DNA from: a bacterium
Lineage (GTDB): Bacteria > Patescibacteriota > Minisyncoccia > Phycocordibacterales > UBA2100
DNA: 61,890 bases
Reading direction: 5' to 3'
Assembly (NCBI GenBank): GCA_030648265.1
Contig: JAUSHX010000040.1
Span: 1 to 61,890 of the forward strand
A program made the position numbers and the translations under genes. This document shows positions 19,257-28,229 of the stretch, one piece after another (position 1 is the first letter of the stretch; every line of letters starts with the position of its first letter). The notes under the pieces were generated by a model that saw only the letters and a list, made by a program, of their open reading frames with translations, made no database searches and was not told the origin of the DNA.

Positions 19257-19526
19257 ATGGGCTTTTTTCAATACCTCAAAGACACGCGCGGTGAGCTCCG
19301 GCACGTCGCATGGCCGACACAATTCCAGACCATTGTGTATACGGTCATTGTGGTGCTCCTTTCGTTCTTCATTGCCTTGTATCTCGGTTTCTTTGATTTT
19401 ATTTTCACGACAGGGTTGCGCAACGTCGTTGAAGCGCTACCTCCGAAAAGCGCCGCTTCGCCGCTAACCGTCAGCGATGTCCAGATTTCCACCAGCACTC
19501 CGGTTTCCACGACCACTACACCCTAA
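19257..19526 (+). CDS. secE: Preprotein translocase subunit SecE
   Basis: 89-aa ORF with YLKDTRGELRHVAWPT followed by a single TM helix. It sits directly upstream of nusG-rplK. Confidence 0.8.
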   Translation: MGFFQYLKDTRGELRHVAWPTQFQTIVYTVIVVLLSFFIALYLGFFDFIFTTGLRNVVEALPPKSAASPLTVSDVQISTSTPVSTTTTP

Positions 19527-19551
19527 ACCCTAGTGGCTAATCACTATCCCT

Positions 19552-20097
19552 ATGTCCAAACAAACACACGGTTCCGAGAGGCAGTGGTACGCAATCCACA
19601 CGTATTCCGGCTATGAGGACGCGGTGGCCCGCAATCTGAAACAGCGCATTGATTCGTTCGGGATGAAAGACAAGATTTTTGCGGTCGTCGTGCCCTCGGA
19701 AAAGAAAATCAAGATTAAAGGAGGGCGAAAGACGGAAGTGCGAGAGAAAGTTTTTCCCGGCTACGTGCTGGTGGAAATGATTGCAACCGACGATGCATGG
19801 AGCGTTGTCCGCAATACCCCGCAGGTTACCGGATTCGTCGGCACCGCAAACCAGGCCGTCCCTCTTTCACCGGAAGAGGTGGAGAAAATCCTCAAGCGCA
19901 CAGATAGCGACACGGTGCGGCACGCGATTGACCTTGCGCTTGACGACGCGGTCGTCATAATTGACGGACCTTTCAAAGATTTGGAAGGGAAGGTTGGGGA
20001 GATTGACGAAGAGCGTGGAAAGGTTAAGGTGCTAGTTCCGATGTTCGGCCGCGAGACTCCGGTTGAATTGGAAGCAGATCAGGTGCAAAGGGTTTAG
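19552..20097 (+). CDS. nusG: Transcription termination/antitermination factor NusG
   Basis: 181-aa ORF with WYAIHTYSGYE (NGN domain), FPGYVLVEM, and a KOW motif in the C-terminal region. Confidence 0.9.
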   Translation: MSKQTHGSERQWYAIHTYSGYEDAVARNLKQRIDSFGMKDKIFAVVVPSEKKIKIKGGRKTEVREKVFPGYVLVEMIATDDAWSVVRNTPQVTGFVGTANQAVPLSPEEVEKILKRTDSDTVRHAIDLALDDAVVIIDGPFKDLEGKVGEIDEERGKVKVLVPMFGRETPVELEADQVQRV

Positions 20098-20297
20098 TAA
20101 AATAAGGAGCAAAGCGACTATATTTTACTTAACCCTGTTAAATCCCGCCGTGGCGGGACGACTTGAAAAAAACGCAGAAATCTATATAGTGCCGTAACGA
20201 GTAACGAGCTGGCAAGTAAAAAACAAGTATATTTTTCAAGTCGTATTTAACAGGGTGTAAGAATCTCTAATTCGCTCCGCTCATAAGAGCTTCTAAC
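20098..20297 (+). repeat. Structured intergenic spacer, copy 1 of a 3-member family (nusG-rplK)
   Basis: It fills the whole stop-to-start gap. Conserved left end AAATAAGGAGCAAAGCGACTATATTTT and right end GGGTGTAAGAATCTCTAA..CGCT..TCTAAC-ATG. Stems pair 20128-20143 with 20245-20261 and 20158-20170 with 20232-20244, with a small hairpin at 20144-20157. Confidence 0.75.
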
Positions 20298-20720
20298 ATG
20301 GCCAAACAAGTAACAAAACTAATAAAGTTGCAGATTCCGGCGGGAGCCGCGACGCCTGCGCCGCCGGTTGGAACCGCACTCGGGCCTGCGGGGGTGAACA
20401 TTGGTGAATTCGTCAACCAATTCAACACCCGGACGAAGGCACAGGCAGGGAGCATCCTTCCCGTTTTAATGAAGGTCTACAGCGACCGCACGTTTGATTT
20501 CATCGTCAAGAAGCCGCCTGCATCCCGCTTGATTCTTAAGGCCGCCGGTCTTGAAAAGGGCTCCGACAAACCGCATTCCAACAAAGTGGGAAAGCTCACC
20601 AGTAAGCAAGTTGAAGACATCGCGAAAGAAAAAATGGAGGATTTGAATGCGAACGACATGACGCAAGCGAAAAAGATAATCGCCGGAACAGCCAGATCGA
20701 TGGGAATAACTACGGAGTAG
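20298..20720 (+). CDS. rplK: 50S ribosomal protein L11
   Basis: 140-aa ORF starting [43 protein letters not shown], the canonical uL11 N-terminus. Confidence 0.95.
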   Translation: MAKQVTKLIKLQIPAGAATPAPPVGTALGPAGVNIGEFVNQFNTRTKAQAGSILPVLMKVYSDRTFDFIVKKPPASRLILKAAGLEKGSDKPHSNKVGKLTSKQVEDIAKEKMEDLNANDMTQAKKIIAGTARSMGITTE

Positions 20721-20788
20721 TTTTTGTCTCCTAAAACATAAAAGAAAAACGGCGCGAGGATGTTTATCCTCGCGCCGCTCTAAAATGG

Positions 20789-21469
20789 CTAAATCGCGGT
20801 CGCTACGACGACAAGTCGAGCCAATCGTTTTTCAAGCAGTTCGATTTTGAAACCATTCTGCTCAAGAAGCCGCACGAACTCGCTTTCAGTGAACCAATGC
20901 GAGTAGTATTGTACTGGTTCAACTCCGTGTGGCATGTACTCTACAAATAGCTCGCCCCGTTTGATATCGCTTTGCGGTAAAACCCTGAAGTTTTCTCCGT
21001 ATCTCTGGGAAAACTTTTCAAGGTTGTACACGCTTGCGACCAACTTGCCGCCGGAGACAAGAAGCGCATGCATCGCGCGTGCTGTTTCCTCGCGTACCGC
21101 GGGTGTTTCGCCGCACGCGCACACGTTGCCGAGAGTGTTGTTGAGACATGTCAGCACGTGATACATGCGTGCCGGCTTGAACTCCGAAATGTTCGCCTGA
21201 ACGAGCGAGACATTCTGCAGTCCGAAGCAACGAACCTCGCGCTCCGCCTCGGCAAGCATGGCGAACGAGTAGTCCACGCCTGTAACTGACGCTTCCGGAA
21301 ACCAGTGTGCAATGGTAGCCACGTGAAATCCGGGACCGCACCCGAGGTCTACATACGCGACGCGGGGAAGGAAAGGATGAATCGCTCGTACGACCACATC
21401 CAAATCGCATCCCCAGTGCTCGTCCTCCCGAAGATAAGAGGACGCAATGGCGTCAAACACAGTTTTCAT
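20789..21469 (-). CDS. Class I SAM-dependent methyltransferase
   Basis: 226-aa ORF with YVDLGCGPGFH (motif I) and LLVSGGKLVASV. Its start codon directly abuts the stop of the upstream radical SAM gene. Confidence 0.7.
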   Translation of the reverse strand: MKTVFDAIASSYLREDEHWGCDLDVVVRAIHPFLPRVAYVDLGCGPGFHVATIAHWFPEASVTGVDYSFAMLAEAEREVRCFGLQNVSLVQANISEFKPARMYHVLTCLNNTLGNVCACGETPAVREETARAMHALLVSGGKLVASVYNLEKFSQRYGENFRVLPQSDIKRGELFVEYMPHGVEPVQYYSHWFTESEFVRLLEQNGFKIELLEKRLARLVVVATAI

Positions 21470-22993
21470 TTATCCACCTCCTTTTGTTTGTTGGTGTGCG
21501 TGCTCCTGCTCCCACGGAAACAAACACTCATCCATTGGATTTGGGAACGACGCGGCGAGTTCCGCAATCTCTTTTATGGACATCTCGGTTTCTAGGTACT
21601 TCGGTAGGTCATTTTCATTGATGCTACCGAAATATCTCGTTGCACCTTTTATCGTGTGCAATCCTTTCATGCCTGCGAGGATTGTGTTGTATTTCAGCCA
21701 CTCTAGATTCGAGCGGGACGTAAAATCAAGTCCAAACTCGTTTGCCCCAACGCGGTTCAAGAAGTCATGCAGATCGAACCGGAAGCGATACTCTGGCGGA
21801 ATGACCCCCTCGGCGAGGGCTTTTTTATAGAGAGGTGTTCCCCTGAAGAAGTTCATACAATGCATAACCGCATTGAAGGGTAGTGGCATGTCTTGCATGA
21901 GCTTGATAGTCTGGCTCATGTCCTCTTTTTTTTCGTACGGATTGAGGATAATCCAGTCAGTCATGGGAGGCGATGTCACACGTCCATTTCTGTACAATGA
22001 CGTAAGCACGTCTAGCACGTCCGTGATCTCTGCACGGTCCTCTTTTCGTCCGAAGAGGTCGCGAGCAATCCGCGGGCTACCTGTTTGCACGCCCACGTTG
22101 ACCGTATCCAGCCCTACATTGGCAAGCGCGGAGAGCTTCCTTTTGCCTTTTGAGATTGATCGCGGAGTTGCGAAAATAAAGAAAGGCAGGCCGATGCTCG
22201 CATATTCTGCTGCGAAGGTGCTAATCCATTCCTCCGATTTCAGGAGAAAGTCCTCGTCAAAGAAATAGACGTACTCGATTCCTGGAGATAAGCCGAGTTG
22301 TTCTCGGATTATATTGATCGATTGTACCGGATCTGATTGCAAGATTCGGTATGCCGACCCGAACATCTCACGCAGTGTGGCGACTTCGCAGAAAGAACAA
22401 GCGTATCCGCAACCCGACTCAAGCATGATTTCCATGTTTTGCCGGTGTTTGTATTGCGGATGCACTAATGGGCGAGTGTGCCTACGATTGATTTGTCCAT
22501 TTTCGTCTAACACGTGCGCTTCCGCATACAGCGGATAGCGGAACATGCGTGGTGGACTTTCAATCATTGGGGAAACCGAAACACACGTTTCCATTGATTT
22601 GATGATGGGTATTATTCCTTCTCCATCGCCGACCACGACGTGGTCAAAGTCGGAGAGAAGCTCCTCCTTCATGCTCGTGGCATACGTACCGCCGGCCACC
22701 AAAATGGCGCGATTACCGAATTCTGTTCGTACCGCTTGTACTAATTGCACTGCACGAGAGTAAGAAAGTTCCTTTAGGTGAAAACCGATCAGAACGCTTC
22801 TTTCCTCTCCGGTAATTTTCCGGAGCACCTGCATGATCCCATCCTCTATAGCTTTCGGGTACCTTCTTAAGTTCGAAGGCAGATAGAAAAGTATTGGTTC
22901 ACCGCCGGAACCTGCTACCATCGTGGCGACAGTCTGGATTCCGAGAGTGTGATTGTCTACCGATATCAGTATGACCTTCATCTGAATCTCCAT
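21470..22993 (-). CDS. B12-binding-domain radical SAM protein
   Basis: 507-aa ORF. The N-terminal roughly 130 aa look like a Rossmann-type cobalamin-binding domain (VILISVDNH...ILVAGGTYATS). It is followed by SGCGYACSFCEV, the CxxxCxxC radical SAM cluster motif. Confidence 0.8.
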   Translation of the reverse strand: MEIQMKVILISVDNHTLGIQTVATMVAGSGGEPILFYLPSNLRRYPKAIEDGIMQVLRKITGEERSVLIGFHLKELSYSRAVQLVQAVRTEFGNRAILVAGGTYATSMKEELLSDFDHVVVGDGEGIIPIIKSMETCVSVSPMIESPPRMFRYPLYAEAHVLDENGQINRRHTRPLVHPQYKHRQNMEIMLESGCGYACSFCEVATLREMFGSAYRILQSDPVQSINIIREQLGLSPGIEYVYFFDEDFLLKSEEWISTFAAEYASIGLPFFIFATPRSISKGKRKLSALANVGLDTVNVGVQTGSPRIARDLFGRKEDRAEITDVLDVLTSLYRNGRVTSPPMTDWIILNPYEKKEDMSQTIKLMQDMPLPFNAVMHCMNFFRGTPLYKKALAEGVIPPEYRFRFDLHDFLNRVGANEFGLDFTSRSNLEWLKYNTILAGMKGLHTIKGATRYFGSINENDLPKYLETEMSIKEIAELAASFPNPMDECLFPWEQEHAHQQTKGGG

Positions 22994-23124
22994 TGGATTA
23001 GTTGGCGCTCACGCGCGGACGTTTCACTATTCATGGCGAAGCGTAAAGACGCTTTCCATACTGCAGGTATGTTATCGAATTTGAGAGAGGTGTGTACAAA
23101 ATCGTCATTTTACATACGGAAACC

Positions 23125-23154
23125 TTGACAACGCTAACATTATTTGCTTATATT
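23125..23154 (+). promoter_or_regulatory. Sigma70-like promoter for the TrmB-type regulator
   Basis: TTGACA (23125-23130), an 18-nt spacer, then TATATT (23149-23154), 27 nt before the ATG. Confidence 0.45.
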
Positions 23155-23180
23155 GAGCCGTAAATTGGCTATATATAAAT

Positions 23181-23972
23181 ATGACTAAAAACAAGTCACT
23201 ACTAGGAGATAATGAGCAAATTCTGATACGATCGCTTGATTTATCAGAATCGGAAATTGCAGTTTACCTAGCTACTCTAGAATTGGGCGAGGCACAGATT
23301 CAGGATATTTCTAGGAAATCTGGCGTTAAACGCACGAGTATTTATAACTTCATCGACAATTTGAAGGAACGGCGATTGCTCTCCGAGATAAAGAAAGGCA
23401 AGCGGAGGCTCTTTTCAGCTACGAGCCCACATCATCTTCTTGAACAGCAAAAATCCAAAGTATCTTCAGTAGAGAAGTTGATTCCGCAACTGTTAGCGAT
23501 TCAAAACAATGTGAAAAGTAAGCCGCACGTTTCATTCTATGAGGGAATAGAGGGGATCAAGGAGATCTATCGAATGACACTCCGAGACAAACAAACTATC
23601 TATGCCTGGGAAGACCTGGATCGCACTCATGATGCGCTAGGAAAGTTCTTCACGAGTTATCCGGACGAGCGCGCTGAGAAGAATATTCCCGCTCGGTGCA
23701 TCGATCGTGACACGCCCTTTGCACGGGAGTTTACTGCTAAAAATAATATTCGACTCGCGCGTGAGTCAAGATTTGTTTCTTCCAAGGAGTTTGGCACGGA
23801 GATAAATATATTCGGAAACAAAGTCGCATTTTTCAGTTACAACAAAACGAATCCGTTTGGTGTCGTCATAGATGACGCGGGAATTGCCAAGACATTGAAG
23901 ATTGCATGGACAGAATTATGGGACCGACTTCCCTCAATGCCTCAAACATCAATAAGCGTTGCAACAGAGTAG
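23181..23972 (+). CDS. TrmB-family transcriptional regulator
   Basis: 263-aa ORF. The N-terminal LSESEIAVYLATLELGEAQIQDISRKSGVKRTSIYNFIDNLKERRLL is a TrmB-type wHTH. It is followed by a sensor-like C-terminal domain. Confidence 0.7.
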   Translation: MTKNKSLLGDNEQILIRSLDLSESEIAVYLATLELGEAQIQDISRKSGVKRTSIYNFIDNLKERRLLSEIKKGKRRLFSATSPHHLLEQQKSKVSSVEKLIPQLLAIQNNVKSKPHVSFYEGIEGIKEIYRMTLRDKQTIYAWEDLDRTHDALGKFFTSYPDERAEKNIPARCIDRDTPFAREFTAKNNIRLARESRFVSSKEFGTEINIFGNKVAFFSYNKTNPFGVVIDDAGIAKTLKIAWTELWDRLPSMPQTSISVATE

Positions 23973-23980
23973 AGTACTGC

Positions 23981-24020
23981 ATCCTTATATGCTTATTCGC
24001 GCGAATAAGCATATAAGGAT
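23981..24020. terminator. Perfect 40-nt palindrome between convergent genes (probable bidirectional terminator)
   Basis: ATCCTTATATGCTTATTCGC|GCGAATAAGCATATAAGGAT, with 20-nt arms and no mismatch. Confidence 0.6.
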
Positions 24021-24029
24021 TTGCGGTTG

Positions 24030-25265
24030 CTAGAATTTCAGCGTTGCAAAATAATCGTCACTTGTTTCCGCACGGCGGATCATTTTGAATTCTCCATTCG
24101 GCGACATCAAGAATTCTGCCGAGCGCAATTTTCCGTTGTAGTTGAAACCCATTGCGTGGCCGTGCGCCCCCGCATCGTGGAATACCACGATATCGTCCGG
24201 TTCCATTTCGGGCAATTCCCGGTCAATCGCGAACTTGTCGTTATTCTCGCAGAGAGAGCCGACGACGTCGTAGACATGATTGTTTGGCGCATCCTCTTTG
24301 CCGAGAACAGTGATGTGGTGATACGCGCCGTACATTGCCGGGCGCATCAAATTCGCCATGCACGCGTCTAACCCGACGTATTTTTTATATGTTTCTTTGA
24401 TGTGACGAACCGTAGAAACAAGATACCCGTGAGGACCAGTGATGTAGCGTCCGCACTCCATCATAAGTTTTAGGGGTGGCATTGTTCCGCCACTGACAGC
24501 TTTTTCATATAAATCGCGGACGCCGTCGGATATTTTCTTAAGGTCGACTGCTTCTTGCTCTAGTCGGTAGGGGATACCTAAGCCCCCACCGAGGTTTATG
24601 AACTCAAGCTCTACACCTGCCTTCTCGCGTATCTCATGAGCGAGCTCAAATATCATTTGAGCAGTCTCTATAAAGTACTCAGACTCCAGTTCATTGGAAA
24701 TAACCATAGTATGCAATCCGAATCGCTCCACACCTTTTTGTTTAGCGATTTTGTACGCCTCGATAATCTGTTTTTTTGTCAGTCCGTATTTTGCTTCAGT
24801 GGGTTTTCCAATAATCGCATTTCCCTCGCGTCCTTCGCCGGGGTTGTAGCGGAACGAAAGCAACTTGGGAAGACCGGCGTGCTTTTCCAAGTACTCAATG
24901 TGACGGATGTCATCGAGATTGATGATTGCTCCAAGCTCTTTCGCTTTCACAAATTCTTCCGCCGCAGTGTCGTTCGAGGTAAACATAATGTTTTCTCCCA
25001 CTATGCCGACGTTCTCCGACAAAACGAGCTCCATGAGTGCACTGCAATCAGTCCCACAACCCACTTCTTTGAGTAGGGATAATATTGCCGGATTTGGCGT
25101 GGCCTTCACAGCGAAATATTCCTTGAACCCCGGGTTCCATGAGAACGCATCTATCAATTTTCGCGCAGTCGCTCGAATTGCGGTCTCGTCGTAAATATAA
25201 AACGGCGTCGGATAACGTTTAGCAAGCGCCTCAACGTGTGCTTTTGAGAAGGGAACTGTTTTCAT
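24030..25265 (-). CDS. lysA: Diaminopimelate decarboxylase (Orn/DAP/Arg decarboxylase family 2)
   Basis: 411-aa ORF with YPTPFYIYDE, FAVKATPNP (PLP lysine) and LGGGLGIPY. It is the last gene of an asd-lysC-dapB-dapA-dapL operon and overlaps dapL by 4 nt. Confidence 0.8.
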   Translation of the reverse strand: MKTVPFSKAHVEALAKRYPTPFYIYDETAIRATARKLIDAFSWNPGFKEYFAVKATPNPAILSLLKEVGCGTDCSALMELVLSENVGIVGENIMFTSNDTAAEEFVKAKELGAIINLDDIRHIEYLEKHAGLPKLLSFRYNPGEGREGNAIIGKPTEAKYGLTKKQIIEAYKIAKQKGVERFGLHTMVISNELESEYFIETAQMIFELAHEIREKAGVELEFINLGGGLGIPYRLEQEAVDLKKISDGVRDLYEKAVSGGTMPPLKLMMECGRYITGPHGYLVSTVRHIKETYKKYVGLDACMANLMRPAMYGAYHHITVLGKEDAPNNHVYDVVGSLCENNDKFAIDRELPEMEPDDIVVFHDAGAHGHAMGFNYNGKLRSAEFLMSPNGEFKMIRRAETSDDYFATLKF

Positions 25266-26461
25266 GATTTGTTTCCGAAATTTGCCTGTATGGAACGTAC
25301 CGCTTTCTCTATATTCTCTCTGTGGCCGAATGCCGATATTCTCATGTAGCCCTCGCCGTTTTCTCCGAATACTATTCCCGGCGTCGTAATGACATGCGCT
25401 TTTTCCAGTAACTCGTCAAAAAATTCCCAGGACGAAAGTCCTTTTGGACATTGGAGCCAAATGTATGGAGCATTTACGCCTCCGGAGATGGTGAACCCGG
25501 AGGCCTTAAGTCCATCTCTGATGATGCGCGTATTTTCCATGTAGTAGTCCACTTGCTCATGCGTTTGTCGCTGTCCTTCCGGAGACAAGACTGCAAGTCC
25601 GCCTTCCTGCACGATATTTGAAGCCCCGTTAAACATGGTGGTCTGCCGTCTATTCCAGAATTGATTTAACGTCTCGGCGCTCCCGTCTTCCGCCTGTAAT
25701 TCTTTCGGCACGATGGTCCAGCCCAAGCGCACGCCGGTGAAGCCAGCCGCCTTGGATAAGCTTTGTATTTCTATCGCGCATCCTTTTGCACCCTCTATCT
25801 CATAGATGCTGCGTGGGAGCGTTGTGTCGCGGATGTATTCAGAATACGCGGCATCAAAAATGATTATTGCTCTGTTCTTTTTCGCGTATCTCACGAACTC
25901 TTCCAGTTGCTTGTGAGTGGCGACAGACCCGGTCGGATTATTCGGGCTGCAGAGGAATATCAGGTCTACTTTCTCGCGCGGGATTTGCGGAATGAACCCA
26001 TCCTTTTCAATGGCCGGCATGTAGTGGATCCGTTTTCCCGATATCACGCTAGAATCGCGGTAGACTGGGTACACAGGGTCGCTTATGGCCACGATACTGT
26101 CGTCAGAGAAAATAGAAAGAATGTTGGCGCAATCGCTTTTTGCTCCATCGCTTACAAAGACTTCGGATGAATCAATATTCAAACCCCTTCCTGCGTACCA
26201 CTTTGAAATTGTATGTCGCAGTCGCGTGTCGCCCTGTTCGTCGCCGTATCCCGTATACGTTTCCCTCCGGCTCAATTTTTCCACTCCCTCCCGAATGCCC
26301 GCGATAACAGAAGGCACGATTGGTTCCGTCGTATTGCCGATACCGAGCTTAAAAATCTCAACACCCGGATGGGAATCAAGGAATGGCCTAGCTCTCTTTG
26401 CTATTTCTGTTGAGAAGTAACCTTGAGCGACTTCATTAAAATGAGGATTAATTTTTGCCAT
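25262..26461 (-). CDS. dapL: LL-diaminopimelate aminotransferase
   Basis: 399-aa ORF starting INPHFNEVAQGYFSTEIAKR...KLGIGNTTEPIVP, with YGDEQG and SLSKAAGFTGVRLGW (PLP lysine). This is the typical DapL layout. Confidence 0.8.
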   Translation of the reverse strand: MAKINPHFNEVAQGYFSTEIAKRARPFLDSHPGVEIFKLGIGNTTEPIVPSVIAGIREGVEKLSRRETYTGYGDEQGDTRLRHTISKWYAGRGLNIDSSEVFVSDGAKSDCANILSIFSDDSIVAISDPVYPVYRDSSVISGKRIHYMPAIEKDGFIPQIPREKVDLIFLCSPNNPTGSVATHKQLEEFVRYAKKNRAIIIFDAAYSEYIRDTTLPRSIYEIEGAKGCAIEIQSLSKAAGFTGVRLGWTIVPKELQAEDGSAETLNQFWNRRQTTMFNGASNIVQEGGLAVLSPEGQRQTHEQVDYYMENTRIIRDGLKASGFTISGGVNAPYIWLQCPKGLSSWEFFDELLEKAHVITTPGIVFGENGEGYMRISAFGHRENIEKAVRSIQANFGNKS

Positions 26462-26462
26462 G

Positions 26463-27359
26463 CTAGATGAGATTAAGACTTTCTAAGCACGCTTTTATCG
26501 CTGGTCGGTTTTTTTCTTCTATCGGCACTAATGGCAATCGAAAGGATTCCTCAATAAGTCCCATCATGTAGAGGGCAGTTTTGACGGGAATCGGATTGGA
26601 CTCAATAAAATTGATATCCATGAGCGGCAATAACCGCAGATGTATTTCCTTCGCTTTCTCCCAATCTCCGGCGAGCGCTCGCGCACAGAGTTCGGAAAAC
26701 TCCTTCGGAACTTCATTCGCGACGACGCTGATGCACCCACGCGCTCCCAGTTCCATTGCAGGAAGGGTAAGGGCATCATCTCCTGACAGGACAGTAAATC
26801 CTTCGGGGGCGCCTTTTATAATGTCTCTGATTTGGCTGATATTGCCAGATGCCTCTTTCACAGCAATCACGCCCGGAACTTCTTTTGCGATTCTTAGTAT
26901 CGTCTCCGGAAGTACGTTTGAACCCGTGCGCCCCGGAACATTGTAGAGAATGACCGGCAAGTCGACGGATTCGGTAATCGCTTTGAAATGGGCAACCAAT
27001 CCGTTAGGAGTCGGTTTATTGTAGTAGGGCGTGACGTGCAAAAGGCTGTCCACGCCCTGTGCCCGTGCGATTTTTGAAAGCTCAATAGCGCGTACCGTAT
27101 TGTTTGAACCGGCGCCGGCAATGACGGGAATTTTCCCGCCAACTTCTTCCACGGCGCATTTCACTGTCTCGGCGTATTCCTTGTCATTCAGTGTTACTGC
27201 CTCTCCGGTTGAACCGCAGGCCACGATGCCGTTTACGCCTCCAGCCAGCTGGCGTTTGAGCAGCGCCCGGAAAGCGGGGAAGTCCACCTCTCCGCTTTTT
27301 GTGAACGGCGTGACAATAGCGGTAATAGCCCCCTGTAGAACAATCTTGGTCATACCCAT
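26463..27359 (-). CDS. dapA: 4-hydroxy-tetrahydrodipicolinate synthase
   Basis: 298-aa ORF with GAITAIVTPF, GIVACGSTGEAVTL, VTPYYNKPT, LYNVPGRTG and AVKEASG (active-site lysine). Confidence 0.9.
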   Translation of the reverse strand: MGMTKIVLQGAITAIVTPFTKSGEVDFPAFRALLKRQLAGGVNGIVACGSTGEAVTLNDKEYAETVKCAVEEVGGKIPVIAGAGSNNTVRAIELSKIARAQGVDSLLHVTPYYNKPTPNGLVAHFKAITESVDLPVILYNVPGRTGSNVLPETILRIAKEVPGVIAVKEASGNISQIRDIIKGAPEGFTVLSGDDALTLPAMELGARGCISVVANEVPKEFSELCARALAGDWEKAKEIHLRLLPLMDINFIESNPIPVKTALYMMGLIEESFRLPLVPIEEKNRPAIKACLESLNLI

Positions 27360-27488
27360 ACACTAAGTTTGCCGTAATTTTGCGCCGGAGTAATTTTAAC
27401 GCGGTTAAGCGTTTTTATGATTGTCGAGAAGTTATCGATAGTAATTTGTTCCATAAGAGGCGACGACAAACTTAGTGTCGGGGTCATA

Positions 27489-28229
27489 TTATTTTATTCC
27501 GCGGGCTTTCATGACGTCGTCAAACGTATACAGCCCTTTCTTTCCTTTGATGAATTCTGCGGCAAGGATAGCGCCTCGCGCGAAACCCTCTCTGTTGTGC
27601 GCCGCGTGAGAAATGGAGACAGCGTCGGCATTGCTGTCAAAAATAACCTCGTGGAATCCGGGATTAACTCCGCCTCGTACGGAAGCAAAGTGAAGTTCAT
27701 CGGGGCGTATTTTCCTGTCGAGTCTGCCGGTCTGCAGGGTTTTCTTTACAGTGGAATTCTGCAGAATTTCCTGTGCCGTCCGCAAGGCCGTTCCGGATGG
27801 ACTGTCTTTTTTCCCGGCATGGTGTATTTCAAGGCCGGCGACATCGTATTCTTTGAACGCAGAGAATAATTTCGTTGCATGAGCAATGGCGCGGAAAAAA
27901 ATGTTTGCTCCGATGGAAAAATTCTGGCCATAAATCAACCCGATACCGCTCTCGCGCACGATTTTCTCCACGTCCGTCAGGTGTTCCTGCCAGCCGGTGG
28001 TTCCGACAACCATGTTTTTCCCTGCTTTTGCGACCGTTGTAATATCATTCAACACTATTTCCGGCGACGTGAAGTCTATAACCACATCGGCGTTGTTCAG
28101 ACCCACTGTATCCATAACGCCATCCGGCTCTGTGAGGCCTATTATGGAAACAGCGTGCGTGCCCGCCGCGCGAATGAGACGCTCAACTTCACTGCCCATA
28201 TTGCCGTGCCCAAGAAGTGCGATTCTCAT
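27489..28229 (-). CDS. dapB: 4-hydroxy-tetrahydrodipicolinate reductase
   Basis: 246-aa ORF with MRIALLGHGNMG, VVIDFTSPE, VVGTTGW and EIHHAGKKDSPSGTA. Confidence 0.85.
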   Translation of the reverse strand: MRIALLGHGNMGSEVERLIRAAGTHAVSIIGLTEPDGVMDTVGLNNADVVIDFTSPEIVLNDITTVAKAGKNMVVGTTGWQEHLTDVEKIVRESGIGLIYGQNFSIGANIFFRAIAHATKLFSAFKEYDVAGLEIHHAGKKDSPSGTALRTAQEILQNSTVKKTLQTGRLDRKIRPDELHFASVRGGVNPGFHEVIFDSNADAVSISHAAHNREGFARGAILAAEFIKGKKGLYTFDDVMKARGIK

